From the human T2T-CHM13v2.0 reference genome, Homo sapiens: a stretch of DNA of 64,000 nucleotides. The notes under the pieces are model-generated. The model searched no databases. It saw only the letters and a list, made by a program, of their open reading frames with translations, and was not told the DNA's origin. Shown here piece after piece: positions 22,007-34,996 of this stretch (positions within the stretch are counted from its first letter, which is position 1; each line of letters begins with the position of its first letter). The DNA lies in the NCBI RefSeq assembly GCF_009914755.1, contig NC_060929.1; one strand, 5' to 3'. The translations under genes and the position numbers were made by a program.

Positions 22007-24538
22007 TGATACGGTTTGGCTGTTTCCCCACCCAAATCTCATCTTGAATTGTAGCTCCCATAATTCCACATGTCATGGGAGGGACCCCTGTGGGAGGTAA
22101 TTGAATCATGGGTACAGGCTTTCCCATGCTGTTCTCATGGTAGTGAATAAGTCTCATGAGATCCAATGGCTTTATAAAGGGGAGTTCCCTACACAAGCTC
22201 TCTTTTTCCCTGGCACCATGTAAGATGTGACTTTGCTCCTCTTTAACATTCTACCATTATTGTGTGGCCTCCCCAGCCATGTAGAACAGTGAGTCAATTA
22301 AATCTCTTTCATTTGTAAATTACCCAGTCTCAGTAATGTCTTTATTAGCAGAATAAGAATGGACTAATACAGTAAGTTGGTACCAGTAGAGTGGGATGTT
22401 ACAGTAAAGATACCTGAAAATGTGGAAGCAACTTTGGAACTGGGTAACAGGCAGATGTTGGAACAGTTTGAAGGGCTCAGAAGAAGACAGAAAAATGTGG
22501 AAAAGTTTGGAGCTTCCTAGAGACTTGTTGAATGGTTTTGACCAAAATGCTGGTAGTGATATGGACAATGAAGTCCTGGTTGTGATGGTCTCAGATGGAG
22601 ATGAGGAACTTGTTGGGAACTGGAATAAAGGTGACTCTTGCTATGTTTTAGCAAAGAGACTGGTGACATTTTGCCCCTGCCTTAGAGATCTGTGGAACTT
22701 TGAACTTGAGAGAGATGTTTTAGGGTATCTGGTGGAAGAAATTACTAAGCAGCAAAGCATTCAAGATGTGATTTTGGTGCTGCTAAAAGCATTCAGTTTT
22801 ATGTATTCACAAAGATATGGTTTGGAATTGGAACTTATGTTTAAAAGCGAAGCAGATCATAAAAGCTTGGAAAATTTGCAGCCTAACAATGCAATAGAAA
22901 ATAAAAACCCATTATCTGGGGAGAAATTCAAGCCTGCTGCAGAAATTTGCATAAGTAACAAGGAGATAAATGTTTATCACCAAGACAGTGGGGTAAATAT
23001 CTGCAGGGCATGTCAGAGACCTTGGTGACAGCCCCTCCCATCACAGACTCAGAGGCCTAGGAGGAAAAAATGGTTTCCTGGGCTGGGCCCAGGGACCTCT
23101 GCTCTGTGCAGCCTAGGGACTTGGTGCTCTGTGTCCTAGCCACTTCAGCCATGGCTGAAAGGGGCCAAGGTACAGCTTGGGCTGTGGCTTCAGAGGGTGC
23201 AAGCCCCAAGCCTTGGCAGCTTACACATGGTGTTGAGCCTGTGGGTGGATAGAAGTCAAGAATTGAGCTTTGGGAACTGCCATCTAGATTTCAGAGGATG
23301 TATGAAAATGCCTGGATGTCCAGGCAGAAGTTTGCTGCAGTTGGCTGCAGGGGTGGGGCCCTCATGGAGAACCTCTGCTAGGGCAGTGTGGATGGGAAAT
23401 GTAGGGTGGGAGTCCCACACAGAGTCCCCACTGGGGCAATGCCTAGTAGAGCTGTGAGAAGAGAGCCACCATCCTCCAGACCACAGAATGGTAGATCCAC
23501 TTACAGCTTGCACCATGCACCTGGAAAAGCCACAGACACTCATTGCCAGCCTCATGGGTATTATAATTTTTTATAAAATTATTTTTTAAAAAAGAAACCC
23601 CATTTCCTTTCTCCCTCAGTTTCTTCCCCGATGGTGACCTCTCAGAGCACTTTCCTTTGCAGTGGGGCATGCAGATGAGCTATGTTGATAGCATTTGCTA
23701 ACTCCTGGGAGACACTCATGCCAGCAGCTGGGAGGAAGGCTGTACTCTGCAAAATCACAGGATGGAGCTGCCCAAGACCATGAGAACCCACCTCTTGCAT
23801 TAGTGTGACCTGGATATGAAACATGGAACAAAGGAGATCATTTCAGAGCTTTAAGATTTGGTTGCCCCACTGGATTTCAGACTTGCATGGAGCCTGTAGC
23901 CCCTTTGTTTTGGCCAATTTTTCCCTTTTGGAACAGGTGTATTTACCCAATGCTCGTACCCCCATTGTTTCTAGGAAGTAACTAACTTGCTTTTGATTTT
24001 ACAGGCTTATAAGTGGAAGGGACTTGCCTTGTCTCAGATGAGACTTTGGACTGTGGACTTTTGAGTTAATGCTGAAATGAGTTAAGACTTTGGGGCGCCG
24101 TTGGGAAGGCATGATTTGTTTTGAAATGTGAGGACATGAGATTTGGGAGGGGCCAGGAGTGGAATGATATAGTTTGGCTGTGTCCTCACCCAAATCTCGT
24201 CTTGAATTATAGCTCCCATAATATGTCATGGGAGAGACCCATGTGTCATGGGAAAGACCCAGTGGGAGGTAATTGAATCATGGGGGCGAGTTTTCCTGTG
24301 CTGTTCTTGTGGTAGTGAATGAGTCTTATGAGACTTGATGGCTTTATAAAATGGTGTTCCCCAAGCTCTCTTTTTGCCTTCTGCCATGTAAGACATGACT
24401 TGCTCCTTCTTCACCTTCCACCATGATTGTGTGGCCTCCCCAGCTATGTGGGACTGTAAGTTGATTAAACTTCTTTCCTTTATAAATTACCCAGGCTTGG
24501 GCATGTCTTTGATAGCAGCATGAGAACAAACTAATACA
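22007..24538 (+). mobile_element. Full-length THE1 (THE1B-like) MaLR provirus: LTR 22007-22371, internal 22372-24164, LTR 24165-24538
   Basis: Both LTRs run TGATA(C/T)..TTTGGCTG...ACTAATACA. The internal region has the classic THE1-int ORF (22420-23028). Near-TSD AAGGC/AAGGG. Confidence 0.92.
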
Positions 24539-24909
24539 AAGGGCTTCTTAATCTAAGTGGCTTTAGGGCAGCCTTGGTTCTCTTCAAATTGTACAGGTCT
24601 TTTGAGTGTGTGTGTGTAGGTATTTTTTTCTGTGAAAAGGTACAGTGTATTCATCACTTTTCCAAAGAGGTCTTCTTTTAAAAAAATTCTATGGTGACAT
24701 CACTCACATTTGAGCATCCTATAGGTGTCAGGCTCTCTGCTAGGTATTTTATATGCATTACTGGATTTCATTCTTACCATGGAAGCAGGAGGTAGGTGCT
24801 GTTATTATTCCCACTCTATGCATGCTAAAAGTGAGACATAGAGAAGTTAAGTAACCTGCAGGTAACTGAAAAGTTTTCAGGTTTTTTCTTTACACATACC
24901 CTACCCCGC

Positions 24910-26700
24910 TTTTTGAGCTGAAATTAATATAATAGAAAACCATTTGAAAGTGTATAATTCAGTGGCATGTATTACATTCACAACACTGTGCAACCATCAC
25001 TTCTATCTAGTTCCAAAACATTTTTCTCATGACCAAAGAAGATGCTGTACGCTTCAAGAGTCACTCCCATTTCCACCTCTTCCCAGTCCTGGCAACCACT
25101 AACTTAGTTTCTGTCTTTATGGATTTGCCTATTCTGGGTAATTCATATAGGTAGAGTCACACAATACCTTGCCTTTTGTGTCTGGCCTTTTTAATTTAGC
25201 ATAATGTTTTGGAGGTGCATCTATGCTGTAGCATGCATCAATAGTTCATTTATTTTTATTGCCAAACAGTATTCCTCTGTATAAATATCCCACATTTTGT
25301 TTATTCATACACCAGTTGATGGGCATTCATACACCAGTTGATGGGCATTTTTGGCTATTGTGAACAATGTTGCCGTGATGTGTGGTACTTGTACTTGTTT
25401 TAGTATCTGTTTTCTGTTATTGGGTATATATGTAGGAATTGAATTGTTGGGTTAGGTTGTAACTCTATGTTTAGCTTTTTTGAGGAATTGCCAAACTGTT
25501 TCCACCATGGCTGTATGATTTTACATTTCTACCAGCAATGTACAAGAGTTCCAATTTCTCTACATCCTTGCCAACAGTTCTTTTCCACTTTTTTTCAATT
25601 GTAGCTATCCTAGTGCGTGTGAAGACGTATCTCATTGTGGTTTCAATTTGCATTTCCCAAATGACTACAGATGTTGAGCATCTATTCATGTGTCTGTTGG
25701 TCATCTGTATATCATCTTTGGAGAAACGTGTGTGCAAGTCCTTTGCCCATTAAAATTATTTTAGTCAGTTGTAAGAGTTCTTCCTATATATGAATACTAA
25801 ATCCTTATCAAATACGTGATTTCCACACATTTTCTTCCATTCTGTAGGATGTCTTCACTTTTGTGTGCAAAAGTTTTCAATTTTTATGAATGTTATTATT
25901 TCTTGTGTTGTGTAGGGGAGTTAGAGATAAACTCCAACCCCCTGTTTAGCTCCTACTGGGCTCTTCAGCTGAATATAAAAACCAAATTGACACCAGACTG
26001 ATTAACAAGAGAAAAATAATACAGATTTTATTAGTTTTTCATGACATAGGGATCTTCACAAGAGAGTGAAGTTGGGAGAAGTGGCCAAAGCAAGATCTTT
26101 TCATACTTTTTAGACAAAGAGTGATCAATTTGAGAAGAAATGACAGGACAAAGAAAATCTGGCTAGGGTGGTGGAATTTTGCTAGAGGAGTCACTAGGAG
26201 ATGTGTGGGGGGGGGGTATAAAACAGGTGGAAGATAAGGATTACTTCATTAAGTATGAATTCAGGGCCACTGCAGCCTTCAGTTCTGAATCCCAGCTAAT
26301 AAGGGCTATTTTCTTACCCTGGTATGGAGAGGGTAACCCTCCCAGAGGAATCTTTATTGCTTGCTGCATGCAGGAAGAGGCAGGTCAGTTCAGCCTTTCA
26401 GAAGTTATGATTTCTCAATCTTTTCAACTTGAAATAATCAATGCACCCATCTGCTATATTTTGGTATGGCATGTCCTTCACTCCTTCGGTTGGTTGTACA
26501 CTTGGTATCATATCTGAGAGTCCATTGCAAATCACAGGTCAAGATTTTTTTCTATGTTTTAGTTTAAGAATCTTATAGTTTTGCTCTCCCATTTAGGTCT
26601 TTGATCTATTTTGATTTAATTTTGTATATGGTATGAGGTAGGGGGTCTATCTCCACTCTTTCACCCTTTTGCCTGTGAATATCCACTTGTCCCAGTCCCT
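24910..26700 (-). mobile_element. L1M (L1MA/MB-type) 3' fragment, split by an ERV1 LTR
   Basis: Reverse L1 3'UTR and ORF2-end (ORF 25471-25737: [33 protein letters not shown]). Resumes after 26492. Confidence 0.85.
25911..26488 (-). mobile_element. ERV1-class solo LTR (MER90/MER92/LTR54-like; family uncertain)
   Basis: Begins TG; the minus-strand start reads (C)GAAGGAGTGAAGGACATGCCATACCAAAATAT. 4-bp TSD GTTG at 25907-25910 and 26489-26492. Interrupts the L1. Confidence 0.7.
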
Positions 26701-26915
26701 TTGCCTTCCTTTTATGGAGTGATTGCTTGTTTTACTCTATTTTCTCTGCCTTCCTTGGTGCATGGGCCAGTGCCTAGCACATTGGAGCCCACCCACTCCC
26801 CCTACCCCAGCAATTGACCGTTGACTAAACAAGTGCCTGTTTTGTCCCAAGAGCTGGCTGGTGTAAGCCAGGAGTCCAAGGGCTGAGTTACTAGGCATTC
26901 TTTTTTGATCCACAG

Positions 26916-26959
26916 GTGCAGCCAGTGTCATCGTCGGCCACCCTCTGGACACAGTCAAG
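26916..26959 (+). CDS. SLC25A48: SLC25A48 coding exon 2 (GAASVIVGHPLDTVK)
   Basis: Acceptor TTTTTTGATCCACAG|, donor AAG|GTACAG. 44 bp, phase 1 to 0. Holds the first half of carrier signature 1 (PLDTVK). Confidence 0.96.
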
Positions 26960-27959
26960 GTACAGTAGCCATGTTTCCCATTACCTCTTAAAAAGAGGCA
27001 TGGAGCTGACCTGCCTCTGGGACTATTCCTGCTGTTTCTAATCTCTCAGAGAGTCTTCTGCCCAGGGCAGACTCTCTGTTGCCAGTCCAGGGGGTGTTGG
27101 GTGCCAGGAGGTCTGGTTTAGGTTCAGAACCCTCAGAGGTCCAGGTAGAACTTTAGAAGTAGATTGGAGATGGGAACCTATCATTACCTGATGATGCACA
27201 TGGGTGTGAGGACTCTGGGGCTGTTGGGACCTTCCTGGCATTGGGATTATCCAAGCCCCTTGTTCTGGGATGTTCCCTAGAAAGGGGAAGGGGCTCATCT
27301 CAGATCATACAACAAGTTAAAAACTGAGGTGCGAGATGCTGCAAAGGAGCAGTCTTTCACCCCATCCCCACCCCTGCACCCGTCCCCAGTGGTGAGCAGA
27401 ATTTAGAGCTATGCTCTGGGAACGGAGCCATAAATTGTGCCTCCTCACTGCTGACTGCCTTCCAGATCCATTTCTAAAGCTCTGCCTGGATTGTGCACAG
27501 AGAGGAGCCTCACAGACCGTTTTCAAATGGCTGCTGCAATGTCCTTTCTCCCCATCTTGCTCCCTGTATGAAAATGGACCCTCTCCTAGGTCAGGGCCCA
27601 TGCTCACCCTCTTGATGGGAAGATCAGCCTACCTGTTTTAAATATTTGAAGAAACACTTTAAGTAGTAAAGGGGGGCGTTTAGGCTCCCCAGGGGACATC
27701 CCAATGCAGGGGGATGGCAGGCAGGACCCAGTGCTGGGAGATGGGCACACAAAGTGGTGAGTGAAGCAGGCTTAGTCTACCCTCCTGAAATGGTATAATC
27801 TTCCCATTTTATATAGGAGGGGGGTAAGGTGCAGAGTTTAGGAACCTGCCCCAGACCTCAGAGCCGGGCATTGTAGTGCTGGATTCAAAGCTCCAAAGTA
27901 AATTTTACTTCTGGGCTGACCTAGGCTTTGAGGACTCAGGAGTGAGGGAGGCAGGCAAG

Positions 27960-28340
27960 GAGACAGATATTTTTAGGACACTGATGGACAATAATTAGGG
28001 AACACAACAGATGCACAAATCAGTTATGGACAGTGGTAGGTGCTGGGGGACAATAACACAAGGTGATGGCAAACACAGTGATGAGAGCCTTCTGTATTTT
28101 GAAGAGTCAGGGATGGCCTCTCTGCCAGGGAGGCAGCTAAGTTGAGACTCAGATGACACAAAGAGCCAGATACGCAGAACTGAGGTCAGAGTGCTATTCA
28201 CAGAGGGACAAGCTAGTGCAAAGCCCCAAGGGTGGGAACAGGCTGCGATGTACATTCTCCAGGAAAACAAAGAAGGCCAGTGTGTGTGTGGTGCACACAG
28301 TGAGCTGAGCAAGTGGTGTGGTGCAGGTGCTTGGAGAGGC
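27960..28340 (-). mobile_element. L2 LINE fragment
   Basis: Purine-rich degenerate L2 pattern (CAGAGGGACAAGCTAGTGCAAAGCCCCAAGGGTGGGAACAG...GAAGGCCAGTGTG). Confidence 0.5.
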
Positions 28341-29507
28341 CAAGGGAGAATGGGATTGCAGAGTGTGCTAGGGGCCTTGCTGCGTGCCTCCTGCCAGCCC
28401 TGCACACCCAGGCCCTGGGTCCCAGAGCCCACCAAGGAGGGCTGTGCAGCAAGTTCATGTCTGAAGTGGACTTACTAGCATATCACGGCTGAGCCATTGC
28501 TGCCCAGAGTTAGGGCCCATGTCTGGCACTCCCCAGGGCTGTCCAGAGCTAAGCCAGGTCCTTAGAAACCTTTTCCACCTCTGTGGTAGCTGCCCACTGA
28601 GCCCTCTCCACCCTCCATGAGAGCTGGCTAGTTACCGTGCCCAGGCCTGGCTTCCCTAGCCTGTGGCCTCTGACTCTCTCCTGTTCAGAGTGCACCTCAG
28701 CACGGGGCTGGGCACAGCCTCCCTGGGTGAGTACCTGCTGAATGAGTGGCCATCTGGGACCTCAGCCAAGTTCAAGGTGCCTGCTGCATACCTCTCCAGG
28801 GCTGGGCCTTGGGGAGACTTGGAAGACTCAGATGCACTCCCTAATGTCTCCATGAGAGTGCTGGTTGTTCCTGGCAATTCTCACCCTCCCAAACTCACCT
28901 AAGTCATTCCCAGTCTGTCTTCTCCAGGGTTCATTCAACAAACCAGTTCACAAGAATGGATCAGTGGGGAGGCAGCATGGCCAAGCCAGAAAGCATGGGC
29001 TTTGGAACCACGCAGGCTCTAGGTGTGAATCCTGTTTTTGCCATTTCCTGATTGCATAGCCTTCTGTTAAACACGATACAAATCCTTGGCTTACAGGGTC
29101 AGTGTAAGATTATAAGCATTGTTTCTGGTACCTAGCAGGGATTCAAAATCGGTAGCTGCTATTTTTATCAACATCATTCGATATATATTAAGTTTTGCTC
29201 AGTTACCACATCATGTGACAATGTCCAGCAAGATTTTAACCAAAATTGGAGAATGTGTTTCAATTCTCTGATTTAAATGGTATTTATAAATTTCTCTTTG
29301 GGGGTCAGTGGGACACCTCAAAAGATGAACAAGCATTCTCCAAGTGGCATGCTCAGTCCCTGACCATGGAACTGCCTACCAGAGGCCTAGCATCTCGGCA
29401 AGGAAAAGGGCTGTTGTTTCTGTAAAACCCAGGCTGACTTAATATAAGTGAGTTGGTAACAAGTCACTGTTGGGTGTGAGGGATTTAATGGTAAAAATTT
29501 GAGGGTA

Positions 29508-29817
29508 TGAATTAGTTTCCTTGGGCTGCTGTAACAAATAACCACAAACTGGGTGGCTTAAAACAGTAGAAATTTATTTCCTCGCAAGTCAGGAAGCAGG
29601 AAGTCCAAAACCAAGGTGTTGATGCCTTCTGGAGGCTCCGAGGGAGAACCTGCCACATGGTCCTCTACCAGCTTCCAGTGCCTGCTGCAGTGCTCGGCAT
29701 TCCTTGGGCAGTGGCTCTGTAACTCCAGGCCCTGCCTGTCTTCATATGGCCTCCCCTCTGAGTCTCTGTGTGTCAGATCTGCCCATCCTTCCTAAGGACA
29801 CTAGCCATTGGATTTAG
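29508..29817 (-). mobile_element. MLT1 MaLR LTR fragment
   Basis: TTAGTTTCCTTGGGCTGCTGTAACAAATACCACAAACTGGGTGGCTTAAAACAGTAGAAATTTATT. Confidence 0.8.
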
Positions 29818-30461
29818 CACAATTTACAGGAGTGGAGCTCCCTGGCCACAGTTGCCTGAAAAGGCTGGGCTTTCTCCCTTCTCTGCACTCTGCCCTGAAG
29901 CTCTGGAGGGAAGCCCTCCTGAAACATGACATCCAGTCTTTGTTCAGCCTGAGTGCCCCTGTTGCACTCCAGCACACCTTCTTTCCTTCCTTCTGGCTGA
30001 TGTTTTCTCAACAGACCCTGTCCACCAAGAAAGGGCCAGGCAAGTCTGAATAACTGGAAATCCAGTCCTGGCCTTATCACCTACTCTCCAGTGACCTGGG
30101 CACAGCACTTAACCTTCCTGAGCCTTGAATTCCTTGTCTGTAAAGTGGGCAAGTAGCACCTCCCTGGTGGGGCTGTCATGAAGCTTGTTCATGGAGGTAC
30201 TGAGGATACAGCAATGAGCGAGATGATGCTACTATCAAGAATAGACAGGCTGGGGTGCAGGGAGGCAGACAGTCACTTGTCTAGGGTCCGGGGACTCACC
30301 TGTGGAAGAACCCGGCTACAAGGGCCTGTGCTGCTGACCCAGGTGAAAGGCTTATTCCTGTGCCCTTGGCTGCGTGGTCTTAGGTTGAGGAGGCCTGGCT
30401 GGTGCCTATGTCTGATGCAGCGTGGCTAGGTTTTCTAGTCAGGGCTTGGCTGCCTCTAGAC

Positions 30462-30789
30462 CAGGGGTCCCCAACTCCTATACCGTACCAGTACCAGCCT
30501 GTGGCCTGTTAGGAACGGGGCTGCACAGCAGGAGGTGAGCAGTGGGTAAGTGAGCATTACTGCCTGAGCTCTGCTTCCTCTCAGATCAGTGGCAGCATTA
30601 GATTCTCGTAAGAGCACAAACCCTATTATGAACTGCGCATGCGAGGGATCTAGGTTGCCCGCTCTTTATGAGAATCTGATGCCTGATTATCTGATGGTTT
30701 CACCTCAAAACCATCACCCCACCCTGGTCTTTGGAAAAATTGTCTTCCACAAAACTGGTTCCTGGCGCCAAAAATGTTGGGGATCACTC
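30462..30789 (+). mobile_element. MER1B (hAT-Charlie)
   Basis: CAGGGGTCCCCAAC...GTGGCCTGTTAGGAAC...AACTGCGCATGCGAGGGATCTAGGTTG...TGGAAAAATTGTCTTCCACAAAACTGGTTCCTGGCGCCAAAA. Degenerate 8-bp TSD CTCTAGAC/TTGTAGAC. Confidence 0.88.
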
Positions 30790-31927
30790 TTGTAGACCAC
30801 TGGGACTGGACTGCAATGGACAGGCTTTGGGAGGGGGTGTCTGCCTCCTTCTCATGAACATCCCAGTGGGGGTTCTTGTTTTGCTTCAACATGCTCCCCA
30901 CAATTCTAGGCTGCCCCCTCACTACCCAGTCCAGTCTGGGGCATGCATCTTGGCCCAGGACAGCCAGGGCATGGCTTGCTCTGCCAGGTCAGGGGCAGGC
31001 CAGGCAGTGGCTCAGCTCTGAGCTCTGAGGCTTCAGCCACCTCACCTCTGACACTGAGCACTCATCCTCTTCTCCTTGGGTTTTCAGCTCTGGGATGCTG
31101 AGAGGTTCCAATGGGAGAGAAACCATGAACTGGAGTAGCATGAGATTCACAGCACCCCTGACATGAAGCTCATAGTTTTGGGCTAAATATTGCATGAAGG
31201 GCCATGATCTTCAAGATGTATCCACTGCATTCACACAATCCAGGGCTCCCATTCTCTATAAGGACCAAAGAAAGTGTCAGAGACCTGAGAAAATAGTATA
31301 GTATATAAGAAGAAAAGTACAGAATCAAAATTAATGCTGCACTAAATATTTACAAAATATAACCTCATGTTAAATAGTCAAATGCAACTCAGCTTTCATG
31401 GAGGTCTATGTGGATGATATTAATATGGGATGTACATTAAATATATACAATTATGCTTAATTTTATCTTACTTGATACAATATGAGCAGGTTTGCAAAAG
31501 CGAAAGAGTCCAAAATCTAAGCAAGTCTTAAAATGGCCTTGATTCTACATAACCAGGAGAGACGAGAAAGATAATGGCAAGACCATCAATTCTGTAGGCC
31601 CAAAATGAGTGCTCTGGACACCTCAGATTTGGAGATATTTTCCATAATAACTAAAAGCACTGAAGCTGGGCTAGGGAACCAAGCTCTCTTCTCTCTTGCC
31701 TTTCATAGGTGTTCACTGAGTATCTATTATATACCTAACACTATGTATAGGTCAGAACCCAACACTGAGGGCAGCCACACCTGGTCAAGAGCTTGGACTA
31801 GACTTGTTTTGGTCTCAGTAGGCTAGAGATTGGTGGGAGTAGCAGCCTCTGGGGTCCTGTGGAGTGAAAGGCCTTGGGGATGAACAAAACGAGGGGGCCA
31901 GGTTCCTGGGGAAACCATGTGAGGCAG

Positions 31928-32426
31928 TGTGGTTGACTGAATAATGGTCCCCAGATGTGCCTGTGTCCTCATCTGTGGAACCTGTGAATGTCATCTTATA
32001 TGGCAAAAGAAAACTTTGCAGGTATGATTATGTTAAGGATCTTGAGATGGGAGGATGATCCTGGATTATCAGGGAGGTTCTTAAATGTAATTACAAGTGT
32101 CCTTATAAGAGGGAGGTGGAGAGAGATTTAGATTTCTTCCCACAGAAGAGGAAGAAAACAATGTGACAACAGAAGCAGGGAGAGAAGAGGAGCCATGATG
32201 CTGGGGCTCCGGGAAAGAGGGTGAACCCCAAAAGCTGGGGGAGACAAGAAAACACATTCTCCTCAAGAGCCTCCCGAGGGAGTGCTGCCTTGCCAGCATT
32301 CTGATCTTACCCCACTGAGACTCATTTCAGATTTCTGGTCTTAGAACTGTGAGATAATGCATTCATGCTGTTTTAAGCCATGAAGTTTGGGGTAATTTGT
32401 TACAGCAGCAATAGGAAACTAATATA
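31928..32426 (+). mobile_element. MLT1D-like MaLR solo LTR
   Basis: TGTGG...GAATAATGGTCCCC...GGAACCTGTGAATGTCATCTTATATGGCAAAAG...GTAATTTGTTACAGCAGCAATAGGAAACTAATA, about 500 bp. Confidence 0.85.
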
Positions 32427-34924
32427 AGTAGTCAGTTGTGTTCATCTGTAAGATGGGACCAGTATCCGTGCCTTAGAGCATCTGTGGGATTTAGTGAGGT
32501 CAATTTTATATGATGGTCAGTATGCAGTTGGTGCATAATAAATGCCTTCTCCTGCTATCACTGGGGGCCCTAGAGACTTGGGCTTTGCTGCTGGCCTCAG
32601 TGCCAGCCTACCCGAGTGCTCAGCATGCCTGACAGACCTTTGCTCCATGGCTTTGAAATTATTCTGTGATCCAGGTTTGGCTCTCAGGTTGAGTCACTTC
32701 ATGTATTATTGGCTTGAGTGACTCAACCACTCAATTTTCTTAGCAGGAATTGATTACTTGTTGCAGGGGGTGGGTGGCAGTCAGCCATTTGTGGATTCAC
32801 TTTCCAGGGACAGCCCTGGGAGAGTGTTGGACCTCATGACAGCCTTACATGGGGCACAGAGAGAGACCTGCACCCCTCCACCACCTGGCCCAAGTCATTG
32901 TCCTGGTTGTGGACATCCCACTCCGAGGTAGGCCTCTGTGGTTCTGCTTAACAAGAAGACCTTGAAGGCCCAGTTCTCATCTTGCTGCATTTTCCAGGGA
33001 GTCTCCCCCACTGAATTTAAAATTACCTTTTCCTTCTTATCACCCAGCTCTTCTTATCCTTGGTTTATTTTCCTCTGTAGTACTTGTCTTCATCTAAAAT
33101 ATATATTTACTTGGGAATTATTTTTTATTGACCATCTTTCCTGACTCCACTAGGTTGTAAGTTCCATGAAGGCAGACTCTGGTTTCTTTACTGCTGAATT
33201 CCCTGAGACTGGAATAGTGCCTCCAATAAAATAGGCCCCGAACAAATATTGGTTGAGTGAGTCAATAAACACACTTCTCTGATTATGAAAGTAATAATTA
33301 TGAACAGGGTGATACTATTTCCTATATTTTTCCTATGGCTACATATGTTTATAAAACTATTCAAATGGATGCTTCTCAAACTCTTGGCCACGTTATTAGC
33401 CATGGTCATAAACTCAGGAGAGGAGTAGGGTGAGAGCGAAGGTGGGTCCAATGAAGCTTTAGCCTTACATGTGACATTAATTTGTTGTTGTTGTTTTTGA
33501 GAGAATTTATTTCCATACGAGTTGTGTACTTAACATTAGTTTTAAACTACATAAACTAAAAATAATGAAAGTAACATCTGCTTATCGTAGGAAAGTTGGA
33601 AAATACAGAAAAGTCTCATGCAGGAAAACATCGCCTGTGATCTTCACCTCTGAGATCACCATTTTAACTATATGTACTCTTCCAGGGCCTCCTCCACTTG
33701 TCTACAGAGCTGATCTCAGGCAGTTCATGTGAAGAGCTAGCCTGCTTTTCTGGGTCTCAGCCCCTCACTGCACACTGGGTTCCATGGGGATGGGCCAGTA
33801 TCTCCTCTTTGGTGGTCTCATGGCTCCTTCATGCCCAGGCATGACATGCTGTGTGTGCTGACAAAGTGTTTTGATGGAGAATTATAGGCTGCACGTCTTA
33901 AAAGAAGTGGAACCCTCTAAGACTAGGGCAGGGGTACTCTTCGGTGGGCTTACTCAGACCCTCTATGCCTGTCAGCTCCTGCCCCTGGTCACCAAAGCCA
34001 GCTTCCATCAGAGGCCACCACACATTAGCCATACAGTCCTTGTTCAGTCAGTGCAAAGGGGCCACTATGCCAGGGTTGTGCCCAGCTCTGGGGATGGAAG
34101 GAAAGTAACACAGGTGGTCCTACCCTAGTTGGGTGGTCCTACATAAACTCTATATAATCAAATACATAGGGCCACTGCGACATTTCGACTCAGACCTAAA
34201 AGATGAGCAGGAGCTGGAGGAAGAGCCTTCCAGAAGTGGGGAACAGCAGGGGCAGCTGGCTGGAGGCAGGAAAGAATTGCTGCTCTAGGGTCTGGGAACA
34301 TGCAACTCATGCAGGGCTCAGGGAGAGGAGATGGCATGTGGGGTGAGAGACAGGTGCCTCCCAGGCTCAGGGAGAGTGCGGAATTTATCCTACATTTGAT
34401 GGGAGGCCACTGGAGGCTTCATTGACCTTTGAAAATGATCAGTCTGCCTGTTGTGTAAAGAGAAATGGAGGAAGTGAGGGAGAAGCAGGAGACCAGGGAG
34501 GGCTTCAGGCCATGTTTCTGGTGAGGATGAGGGGTGAGGCCTAGGGTGGTGGTTCTAGGGACAAGAAGAGCAGGTGTCCCCCAAAGATATTTTGGAGGGT
34601 GGAGCGACAGACAGCAGATAGGGTAGAGTCCCAGTTTAGGTTTTTGTACTCAAGAGGTGGGGATCGTACAATCATTCAGCACAACTAGCTGGCCTTTGCC
34701 ATTCTCTCAGCAAAGCAGGCTTCTCTGCATTGAGTGAGTCTGAATGGGACATTAGAGGGAGGCAGTGCAAGCTGGAGACAGGGCACCAGCCTGGCCAGGA
34801 CTGAAACCCAGACCCTTTGCTGGCGGGGGTCACTATGAGCAGGGCCTTTCCCTCTGGGCATCTCCGGAGCAGTGGGGCTATGAATGACCTCTGCGCTGAC
34901 CCATGTCCTTGCCTCTCTCCATAG

Positions 34925-34996
34925 ACTCGCCTGCAGGCTGGCGTTGGCTACGGAAACACCCTCAGCTGCATCCGCGTGGTGTACAGGAGGGAGAGT
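34925..34996 (+). CDS. SLC25A48: SLC25A48 coding exon 3 (TRLQAGVGYGNTLSCIRVVYRRES)
   Basis: Acceptor CCTCTCTCCATAG|, donor AGT|GTAAGT. 72 bp, phase 0/0. Completes PLDTVKTRLQ. Confidence 0.96.

Noticed and set aside
22420-23028. 202-aa ORF as a novel gene
   Set aside because: It is the standard THE1/MaLR internal ORF remnant found in many copies.
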